From an uncultured Desulfomonile sp. (GTDB lineage Bacteria; Desulfobacterota; Desulfomonilia; Desulfomonilales; Desulfomonilaceae): a stretch of 54,116 nt of DNA. A program made the translations under genes and the position numbers. Positions 28,897-36,258 of this stretch are shown here, one piece after another. Position 1 is the first letter of the stretch; each line of letters begins with the position of its first letter. Under the pieces are notes generated by a model, which saw only the letters and a program-made list of their open reading frames with translations, had not been told where the DNA came from and made no database searches. The stretch covers positions 1-54,116 of the forward strand of contig CAZGVM010000002.1 in the NCBI GenBank assembly GCA_964528855.1. The letters are read 5' to 3'.

Positions 28897-29672
28897 ATGA
28901 AAGATTTGTCATCCGGCGTCCAGTCTTCAGGGGCCGTATGAGGTTCCATCTGCCGATCCACATAGAGTTTTCGCAAAGTTTCCGGGTCAGCGGCCATGAG
29001 TTGGTCCAAAGCTTTGTCATACCTGTGGGAATTTATTTTCTCCACCATGTCTTCCACGTGTTTAGCTTGAGGCCAAATATGCCGCCCCGTAATTCGTCTG
29101 CACATTATGGCGATATTATATTGGCCAAGTTCAGCTGGACACCGGGACGCGCAGATGCCGCACATCACGCAGGACATGGAAATTTCCGCGGCCTTTTCAA
29201 CATCTCCCCTGAGCGCGGCCGAGACATACTCCATGACCGAAATTTCCATAGGACATGATTTGGTGCAGGTGTTGCATCCCATGCATTTCGCAAGTTCCGG
29301 ATAGTATTTCAACAAAGTCTGAGCTTCGGGCTTGAGTTCCTCCAGATTGTAAACGGCCCTGTTCGCTGGGAAAAACGGAACCATTGTCAGATACATGTTT
29401 GGAATAACAACCGTCTGGCAAGCCAACCCAACGCTTATTTTGGAGCTGCCAGGCATCCTGTAGACCGTAGCGCATGCGCCACAAATTCCGCCACGACAAC
29501 CGCAACCGCGTATCAATTGGTAACCGGCATATTCGAAAGCCTTTTGAATGGTTAGAGTGCTCGGAACCATGTATCTTTTTCCCATTATGAAAATGGGAAC
29601 AAGATCAGTCCTTGCCGCTGCTTCGCTCGTTGTCTCGGTTTGCTGAACAGCCCCTTGAACCATTGAAGACAT
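28893..29672 (-). CDS. SdhB/FrdB-like iron-sulfur subunit ([2Fe-2S] plus 2x Cys4 motifs)
   Basis: Motifs present: CGCRGGICGAC...LAC, CMGCNTCTKSCP and CVMCGICASRCP. I set the start at ATG 29672, 7 nt after AAGGAAG. The ORF-track TTG at 29717 abuts the upstream stop. Confidence 0.8.
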   Translation of the reverse strand: MSSMVQGAVQQTETTSEAAARTDLVPIFIMGKRYMVPSTLTIQKAFEYAGYQLIRGCGCRGGICGACATVYRMPGSSKISVGLACQTVVIPNMYLTMVPFFPANRAVYNLEELKPEAQTLLKYYPELAKCMGCNTCTKSCPMEISVMEYVSAALRGDVEKAAEISMSCVMCGICASRCPAELGQYNIAIMCRRITGRHIWPQAKHVEDMVEKINSHRYDKALDQLMAADPETLRKLYVDRQMEPHTAPEDWTPDDKSFI

Positions 29673-29717
29673 GAAATCACTTCCTTTCTCAAAAACGCCT
29701 ATATTCAACCGCCTCAA

Positions 29718-30197
29718 TTATCTGGCTAAAAAGACTCCGATCATCACTCCCAGGATCAACGCCATTATGGCCATGTAATAGTTGTCCAGAGACGTAATCT
29801 TAGGGGCCGGCTGAATCGTCTCCGGCACTACTTCATCAACTATGTAATCCTTGTAACACGTGTCAACCTGAGGACAGGCCAGAACACATGAATAACATTG
29901 CTCACAATCTTCACCAACGCACGATTCAAGGGCGAAAGACGTCCTCTGTTGAGTTTTGTCAAATCTTTTTGAGTCCTTACGAAGGACAGGGCATGAATCC
30001 ACGCAGTTGCCGCATCCAAGACAGCCCTTGTCGCCTGTGATGTCTAATTCCGCGTCATTTATGTAAAGCCTGTGATAGGGTTCCATCCCTTTGGAAAGAA
30101 GCCTGAACCTGGCCACAGGAGGTTCTTTGGTCTGCAAAATAACATTTGCGACTTCTTTGTTCATCCGGTCTTTGGAACTATCCCTGGTCGTGGTCAT
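29718..30197 (-). CDS. 2x[4Fe-4S] ferredoxin-like protein with C-terminal TM tail anchor
   Basis: 159 aa with CLGCGNCVDSCP and CEQCYSCVLACP. The C-terminal hydrophobic segment is YYMAIMALILGVMIGVFLA. GGGAG lies 7 nt upstream of the ATG. Confidence 0.75.
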   Translation of the reverse strand: MTTTRDSSKDRMNKEVANVILQTKEPPVARFRLLSKGMEPYHRLYINDAELDITGDKGCLGCGNCVDSCPVLRKDSKRFDKTQQRTSFALESCVGEDCEQCYSCVLACPQVDTCYKDYIVDEVVPETIQPAPKITSLDNYYMAIMALILGVMIGVFLAR

Positions 30198-30258
30198 CTA
30201 AACGCTCCCATAACGCCCGTAAATGGCTCATCTCAGCTCCGATCCAGCTATGCCTCGA

Positions 30259-31227
30259 TTAGAATTCATGGAATTCCCTGTAAATTCCCTTGGAACGGTT
30301 GTCAAAAACCGCATTGATGTCATCCCCAAACTTGTTTGAAACTCCACGAGCCGCAAATGTCCTGGTCTCTCGTTTCTTTTTATAATTATCCAGCCAGTCC
30401 GGTGTCATTGTCGGATGGCATTTTAAACAGTTTTCCAGATTGTAGCTTTCACGGCATTCAGATTTAAATATCCTCGTCTTGTAGTGAATTTGACCGTTGT
30501 GACATCTTCTGCATGTTGATTCTGCAGGGAAAGAAACCATCCACCTCGGATTAGCCGATAACTTGTCCCAAGCCTCGTCTCGCGCTGAAGCAAACTGCCC
30601 AACGGTCATTGGCTGGATTTGACCTGCCCTGAAAGAATGAGATGCCAGAGAATGACAGGAGTCACAGGACATGTGATTCACTTCGGCGTACTTGACGTCT
30701 TTGTCGGACCTCAACGGATCCTGGTCCTTGAAACGTTCATGACATTTAGAACAGGCATTTTCTCTGGCCAACACATGCTTTCGGTGGTCCATCAGCAACC
30801 CGATTTCTCTCAGGTCGCCCGGCGGCATGTCTCTCTTGTAGACGGTCTTGCGAAAAATTGCCGCGTAATGGCAGGTCTTGCAATTGTCGCTCGGTACCCT
30901 GGTTTTGTAAAAAAGTCCCGAAATTTGAGGTTTTCTGGGATCCATTTGCGGGACAAGGTAAGAAGCTACGTGCAACAGACCACGAAATTTTGAAGCCACG
31001 GTATTTTTTGGGCTGCCCTCGATGTGACAGTTGGCGCAAGCCACCAGTTCGTGGGAAAAACCTCTGTTTTCAGCTATCAACCTGCTTTTCATCCAATCGA
31101 CATAGGCCGCCTGCTGTTGATGACAAGCCATACACGTAAAGCTCCGAACGGAAACCTCAGCGAGCAAACCTGCCACCAGCAATAACGCAACAACGCTGAT
31201 CACTATGATAGTCGGGCCCTTGGACAT
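30259..31227 (-). CDS. Membrane-anchored heptahaem cytochrome c, NapC/NirT/NrfH-like N-terminus
   Basis: 322 aa with an N-terminal TM segment. There are seven CxxCH sites (CMACH, CANCH, CKTCH, CSKCH, CDSCH, CRRCH, CLKCH). The start overlaps the upstream stop by 1 nt (TGATG). Confidence 0.8.
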   Translation of the reverse strand: MSKGPTIIVISVVALLLVAGLLAEVSVRSFTCMACHQQQAAYVDWMKSRLIAENRGFSHELVACANCHIEGSPKNTVASKFRGLLHVASYLVPQMDPRKPQISGLFYKTRVPSDNCKTCHYAAIFRKTVYKRDMPPGDLREIGLLMDHRKHVLARENACSKCHERFKDQDPLRSDKDVKYAEVNHMSCDSCHSLASHSFRAGQIQPMTVGQFASARDEAWDKLSANPRWMVSFPAESTCRRCHNGQIHYKTRIFKSECRESYNLENCLKCHPTMTPDWLDNYKKKRETRTFAARGVSNKFGDDINAVFDNRSKGIYREFHEF

Positions 31228-32255
31228 CAGGCGGTTTCCTTCCCGGTTTCAATGCGCTGCCGGATTTTTTTCTGGCGAGCCGCCTGAAAAGCGGCGGATA
31301 TGATCAGAGGGCCAGAGTTGCCAATGGGACACTTGCAGGCGCATCGACCACATCCCACACAATATTTTGAAAGTTCCATAACACGTTCATATTCCCCGAG
31401 CCTGGTCAAAAGCACCAACCCCATAGGCATTTGAACGCCTTCCACTTCTTTCAGCGGGCACACTCCTACACACGAAGCGCAGTTGTAACAGTTTATGGAT
31501 CGGCCGGTGCCTGGAACCAGCATCGACTGAAGCGCATACTCAAAAACCAAAAAAGCCGCAAAAATTATGGCCAGACTGTTCAGGGTCACGCGATCCGGCG
31601 CCTGGCCAATGAAAGTGCTTAAGTAAGCTCTTGAGAATATATTATATTCTGGAAAATCAGGAATGCCTTTTGTCAGGGCGGATTCAATCGCGTTTATATA
31701 ACCTGTGAGAGTCTCGGCGCCCCCTCGAAACATTTCAGGCTGACTGGGTCTTTCCAGCATCCCATTTTTCAGAATTTCCGTCTTGAAAGGAGAAATCTGA
31801 TTGTCCAATACCGAAATCAGGTCCGAATATTCCAGGGTCTTGATTCCCACGATCCGTCGATTCTTGACTTCTGCCTCGACTTTGATCGACCCCCTGAAAC
31901 CCTGACCCTCCCCTACGTATTTTCCATCGTGGACCTGAGAAATGCCGGCGCCCCAGGGACGCTTGGCTATACGATCCTGATCCACTGCCGTAACATTGTA
32001 GTAAGAAATGAAATAACCGGCTTTCACAACCAATATAACTATTATTAGATACCAGATATTGCGCGAGCCTGTTTTACGGTATTCCCGGTAGTAAGTGACC
32101 AGCAATGTCAAAACAATCGCCACCGTCAGGATGTACCGGCTCGAGGGAAATAATATGGCTACCAGCGCCGCATAGATTAATAGCCTGATTCCCCTGGAGT
32201 TGACCGCCTCCCACAAAAATCCCAGCGGATCACGCAATAGCCTTGACCAAGTCAT
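31227..32255 (-). CDS. Mini-NosR-like protein: 3 TM, periplasmic FMN_bind-like domain, TM, then cytoplasmic 2x[4Fe-4S]
   Basis: 342 aa with N-terminal hydrophobic helices. The FMN_bind-like core is DGKYVGEGQGFRGSIKVEAEVKNRRIVGIKTLEYSD...GGAETLTGYINAIESAL. A further TM follows, then CYNCASCVGVCP and CVGCGRCACKCP. Confidence 0.65.
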   Translation of the reverse strand: MTWSRLLRDPLGFLWEAVNSRGIRLLIYAALVAILFPSSRYILTVAIVLTLLVTYYREYRKTGSRNIWYLIIVILVVKAGYFISYYNVTAVDQDRIAKRPWGAGISQVHDGKYVGEGQGFRGSIKVEAEVKNRRIVGIKTLEYSDLISVLDNQISPFKTEILKNGMLERPSQPEMFRGGAETLTGYINAIESALTKGIPDFPEYNIFSRAYLSTFIGQAPDRVTLNSLAIIFAAFLVFEYALQSMLVPGTGRSINCYNCASCVGVCPLKEVEGVQMPMGLVLLTRLGEYERVMELSKYCVGCGRCACKCPIGNSGPLIISAAFQAARQKKIRQRIETGKETA

Positions 32256-32772
32256 CTATGTATTCCTTTCCTACAAGACCTTGCGCTAACGCCAGTTTGA
32301 GAGTTTGTTTGGGCACCACGCCGCCAAGAATGGCTTGCCTTGTTTCGTGCTGCATGGTCGCAAACATTTGTGGCAAAGGCAGGTACTGCACGCAAAAACT
32401 CTGACAATTACCACAGCGAATACATTTCAGGCCACCGTTGCGGATAAAACGATCATAATCGAGCACCCGGCCCGCTACTACCAGTTCGGCCTGCAGCGAT
32501 ATTCCCACGGGGCATCTGTCCTGAGTGGCGTAACATGCCCGACATTCGTAGCAATAAATGGTGGCGGGATTCAACCTGAACAGCGGCTTGATTACTACAC
32601 TTAACATGGCGGCAACTATTCCAAACAGCGCCACCCGGTCAAGATTCATAGTCCAGCCACGATCCTTGAGGTTCGTGAAAAACTGATACCTGTGAATCCC
32701 GGGTAGAATTACCGGCTGTTCAGTATCTTGCCTTTTGGCCCCAATCTTTGGGATGTCCTTTTTATCCGACAT
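32230..32772 (-). CDS. Membrane-anchored HdrC/NapH-like 2x[4Fe-4S] protein
   Basis: 180 aa with one TM segment (VALFGIVAAMLSVVI), then CYECRACYATQDRCP and CIRCGNCQSFC. It has a 26-nt overlap with the next gene. Confidence 0.65.
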   Translation of the reverse strand: MSDKKDIPKIGAKRQDTEQPVILPGIHRYQFFTNLKDRGWTMNLDRVALFGIVAAMLSVVIKPLFRLNPATIYCYECRACYATQDRCPVGISLQAELVVAGRVLDYDRFIRNGGLKCIRCGNCQSFCVQYLPLPQMFATMQHETRQAILGGVVPKQTLKLALAQGLVGKEYIDDLVKAIA

Positions 32773-32794
32773 GAGCCTTTTTCCCTACGTCATA

Positions 32795-32941
32795 TCAGTG
32801 AGGCAACATGGCTGACATCAGAATACCTGCTATCAAGCCGCCCAGAGCGCCCTGGACAATTTCCCCGGGAGATGTCATATCCAGGGCCCAGGCTATTATA
32901 GCTCCAGACAATACCCCTACGAACGCAAATATTATCCACAT
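32795..32941 (-). CDS. Unannotated 48-aa hydrophobic (two-helix, Gly-rich) micro-protein
   Basis: My own translation of the minus strand: MWIIFAFVGVLSGAIIAWALDMTSPGEIVQGALGGLIAGILMSAMLPH*. It sits in the 255-nt gap between the permease and the FeS gene, and its stop is 22 nt from the next start. It is below the ORF-track size cutoff. The SD sequence is weak. Confidence 0.4.
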   Translation of the reverse strand: MWIIFAFVGVLSGAIIAWALDMTSPGEIVQGALGGLIAGILMSAMLPH

Positions 32942-33027
32942 CAACAAGGCGCAGCCTCTGTTTCACCACAGCTTTATCGATTCCGCCGGGAGAATTGTCA
33001 AATCATTGAGTTTGGAACCAGATAAAA

Positions 33028-34731
33028 TCATAACCCTGGACCACTTAAGGTCGCCGTCATCCTCTTGGACAGCATTTTGGGGACCATGAATCCAATCAAG
33101 GCGGCAGCGATCAGGCCACCAATCGCTCCCTGTCCTATCTTGACAAAATCCATCTCGAAGACAGCGAAAGCCAGTATAGCGCCACTTAATGCCCCTCCAA
33201 TGAAAAACCCGACAAGTTGAATGTAATAGTTGTTCGGCGAATCTTTCCTGAATAACTTCGAACCGATAACCAGCAACAGAATATTGACGAACGCTATCAC
33301 TACGGCAAACGCCACTATCATTTTTATATCCTGAAAAAATCTCGGGTCTGATGGCTGGAATATTGACAGATTCAGAAACTTCATAAAAATTGCGGCCATT
33401 GGGGCCATGATGGCCATGGAGGCAAAAGTGTAGGCGCCCTTGATAAAGCCTGTCTCGGCCCTCATTGTGCCTTCACCCATCATGCCGCCACCCCCCAGAG
33501 GTGAAGGTCCACAAGATGTGGTGGCGTTGATTATGTATGCCGCCATTACTATGGCCAACTGGGACCAGTTAAGAAAATCGTACTGGGCCGGCCCAAACAG
33601 GTAGAGCACCGGCACGAGAGCCGCTGTTAGAATTCGCGCGCATGACAATGGCAGTATTGTCTGGAATTGAACGAATATCGCCAGCATTCCCGCCACGCCC
33701 AAAAACTGCACGCTCACAAGACTGTTTAGAATCTGTCCTAAGGCTTTGAATCCATCTGTAGCCGCCAAGGCCCCGGCAGCGAGAAATCCTGCTGCCATCG
33801 CCGTTACCGGAAGTAGAATTATGCCTTCCAACAGATCGTTCAACCTGATGCGACACACGATTATCATCAAGATGGCGCCTGCCACCAGCACCGACTGGAC
33901 CGGCATCTTCCCGAGCGGCTGAAAAATTGCAATCAGCAATGAAACTACAAAAATAATCAGGGCCAGATAGCCCTCAAGAGGAGCTTTTATTTCAGGCTCC
34001 GAGTGGAGTCCCCCAGAGGCCGAAGCCGGCGCTTCACGAAGCGATACGTCATTCGGATAAATCTTTTGACTTATGAGCTTCAGGAAAAGAGCCACAACCG
34101 CTGTTCCCAACATCAGTGAAAATGCCTGAGGCGCTCGTAGAATGCCGTCGGAAGCAGTAGCAAAAAAACTGCCCAGAAAACCTTCGGCTATCTGTCCCAC
34201 TCCACCGATAGGCGAAGGGCCGCACGATCCCATCGCATTCCGTGTAAACGCTCCTATCAAAACAATAAGTTGGGACTTTGTCAGTATCCCCAGTCCACCT
34301 TCGAACCCAAAAGTAAAAAGGAGTGGAAGCAGCGCGGCGGCCAGAATTCGGCCGCAAGGCAGTGAGGATATCACCGGCAGGTTGATGAGGATAACTAATG
34401 TCCCGACCAGACCTATCGGGCTTCGTCTCAACAATCGCAATAGCGCCTTTAGAGCTTCAAAGCCGCCTGAAGCCTTCAAACCACCGGCAAGGAAAAGTCC
34501 TGTCAACAGAGCCGTTATAGGATGAAGAATGATTCCACCTAAAAATTCATTTGGCATGAGCAAGACGGCTTGTATGCCGTAGGCCGAATATTTAAACACA
34601 GCCCCGACAATCAGGCACAATACGGTCGATATGACGAGAACCGTTTGAACGGGCGTACGGATATAACCGAACAATGTAGACAGCATCAGGGCAAGAAAAA
34701 TTCCCAGGTTTATGTACCCTAAATACTCCAA
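33028..34731 (-). CDS. Internally duplicated polytopic permease with conserved SCGPSP(I/L)GG loops
   Basis: 567 aa, highly hydrophobic. The two halves share LP(C/S)(G/C)(A)RIL(A/T)AAL..., NA..SCGPSPIGGVGQIAEG and NATTSCGPSPLGGGGMMGEG. Family not recognised. Confidence 0.7.
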   Translation of the reverse strand: MEYLGYINLGIFLALMLSTLFGYIRTPVQTVLVISTVLCLIVGAVFKYSAYGIQAVLLMPNEFLGGIILHPITALLTGLFLAGGLKASGGFEALKALLRLLRRSPIGLVGTLVILINLPVISSLPCGRILAAALLPLLFTFGFEGGLGILTKSQLIVLIGAFTRNAMGSCGPSPIGGVGQIAEGFLGSFFATASDGILRAPQAFSLMLGTAVVALFLKLISQKIYPNDVSLREAPASASGGLHSEPEIKAPLEGYLALIIFVVSLLIAIFQPLGKMPVQSVLVAGAILMIIVCRIRLNDLLEGIILLPVTAMAAGFLAAGALAATDGFKALGQILNSLVSVQFLGVAGMLAIFVQFQTILPLSCARILTAALVPVLYLFGPAQYDFLNWSQLAIVMAAYIINATTSCGPSPLGGGGMMGEGTMRAETGFIKGAYTFASMAIMAPMAAIFMKFLNLSIFQPSDPRFFQDIKMIVAFAVVIAFVNILLLVIGSKLFRKDSPNNYYIQLVGFFIGGALSGAILAFAVFEMDFVKIGQGAIGGLIAAALIGFMVPKMLSKRMTATLSGPGL

Positions 34732-34787
34732 CGATTATCTCCCTATGACCCTAGCAAATGATGCTGACCGTTATTGCAAACCAATTT

Positions 34788-35114
34788 CTAGACCCTGGCT
34801 GGTCCGCATGCCTTTCCTGACCTCTGTTGAAACCACGGGGTGTCCACAACATATCCATTTGAAGAATTGAAAATCCGTACCTGAGTTCCTACCGTAAGTC
34901 TTCCCATGCATGCCGTGCAACTGTTCAGCTCAGCCTCGATTACAGAACCGTCATCTAGTTTAACCCTGGCTGTCAGTACCGGTGAGACCAGTAAGCCCAG
35001 GTCGGAATCTTCAAATCCCACTATTATTCCACGACTGGATCGTCGAGCACGGTATATCTCGGCCGTTAAAAATACTATTAGCAAAAATATTAATGTGACA
35101 GTTTCCAAATCCAT
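34788..35114 (-). CDS. Small N-terminally anchored protein (108 aa), unknown function
   Basis: N-terminal TM segment (VTLIFLLIVFLTAEIY) followed by a ~80-aa soluble domain containing CTAC. No family recognised. Confidence 0.5.
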   Translation of the reverse strand: MDLETVTLIFLLIVFLTAEIYRARRSSRGIIVGFEDSDLGLLVSPVLTARVKLDDGSVIEAELNSCTACMGRLTVGTQVRIFNSSNGYVVDTPWFQQRSGKACGPARV

Positions 35115-35165
35115 TTTCTTGAGATCACCACGCTCCGCTTAAAAGCGGCGACCATGTCACGTAAT

Positions 35166-36080
35166 TTAAATTTTTTTCACCCTGTTGTTACCGCTATCTG
35201 AGACATAAACAAATCCGTTTTTTTCCACTATACCTGTTGGTCTTCTCAGATCAGCGTCACCCGAGCCTTCTTTTCCAATGACTGCAAGCAACTTTCCTTC
35301 GGGACTGAAATGCTGAATCCTGTGGTTCCCGGTATCTGCGATCCATATAGATCCGTCGCTAGCCACAAACATTCCCTGTGGCAGATTCATCTGGCCCGGA
35401 GCGCTTCCCTCCGATCCAAAACTCCGCCTGAACACATTTTCCCTGTTAAAAAACTTTACCTGACCGTGTTTGCTGTCTAGCACTGCTATCTCGTTGTCAG
35501 GCGTATGGGAACATGCGGTCGGCAATCTGAACTGATCATCAGCGTCTCCAAGGTCACCTATGACCGAAATCAACTCATGGTTCCTGAAAACCTGTATCCT
35601 GTGATTTCTGGTGTCAGCCACGAGCATTCTCTTTTGGTCGTCCACGTAAACTCCTTGCGGAGTCGAGAAACAGCCGCCGATGCTCCCTACCGAACCTATT
35701 GACCTCTTTACCTGACCGTTTTTGTCGAAAACCTGTATTCGACAATTGTTCGAATCGACAATGTACAGCAGGCCTTCCTCATCACAGGCTATTCCCTTGG
35801 GATAGTTCAGTCTACCGATATGAGCGCCTGGCTTTCCAAAGTAATCAGAAGGCACAAGATCGTCATTCAGCTTTGAGATACGGTATACCGGAGGCTCGCT
35901 GACGAACAGGTTGCCCTCCGGATCAAAAGCCAGGGCAAAAGGGTTGTTCAGAGAATGGGAGTCTTTTGGTGTGGGGGCAGATGGTGATTCAGTTGCGCCA
36001 GTGATTTTAGCCGCGCCGACCGCCAGCGTTGATGCCACTCCAGCGGCCCCCAGGGTTTTGATGAATTCACGTCTTTTCAT
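35166..36080 (-). CDS. Tat-exported six-bladed NHL-repeat beta-propeller protein
   Basis: 304 aa with Tat motif KRREFIK plus a hydrophobic segment and AxA. About six repeats of the ...P.G(I/V)A.D..G.(I/L)(Y/W)(I/V)(A/V)D..N(H/C)RIQ(V/H)F type are present. Confidence 0.8.
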   Translation of the reverse strand: MKRREFIKTLGAAGVASTLAVGAAKITGATESPSAPTPKDSHSLNNPFALAFDPEGNLFVSEPPVYRISKLNDDLVPSDYFGKPGAHIGRLNYPKGIACDEEGLLYIVDSNNCRIQVFDKNGQVKRSIGSVGSIGGCFSTPQGVYVDDQKRMLVADTRNHRIQVFRNHELISVIGDLGDADDQFRLPTACSHTPDNEIAVLDSKHGQVKFFNRENVFRRSFGSEGSAPGQMNLPQGMFVASDGSIWIADTGNHRIQHFSPEGKLLAVIGKEGSGDADLRRPTGIVEKNGFVYVSDSGNNRVKKI

Positions 36081-36153
36081 TGAGCTATTTCTGCTCTCAT
36101 GTTGAACTTATCAAATACAGATGGCGCAGTCTTGATGGCTGGTCTCTCAGGCC

Positions 36154-36182
36154 AATCTAATACCAAGCATAATTCTAGTCAA
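36154..36182 (-). promoter_or_regulatory. Sigma70-like promoter candidate heading the 15-gene run
   Basis: On the minus strand: TTGACT (36182-36177), 17-nt spacer, TAGATT (36159-36154). It lies ~70 nt upstream of ATG 36080. Confidence 0.45.
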
Positions 36183-36258
36183 GACTTACTCTTAACTGAT
36201 TACACATTAAATTCGACACCACTGGCCCTGCGTTTTTGGTGAGATGACTACAAGGCGT

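Noticed and set aside
32808-33089. 93-aa plus-strand ORF in the permease-FeS gap
   Set aside because: It runs against the operon direction and overlaps the permease 3' end. Its composition is non-descript. The minus-strand 48-aa hydrophobic ORF explains the gap better.
35130-35150. CCGC-TTAAAA-GCGG mini-hairpin between the NHL gene and the 108-aa gene as an internal terminator
   Set aside because: It has only a 4-6 bp stem and no T-run on the transcribed (minus) strand, so it is unlikely to terminate the operon.
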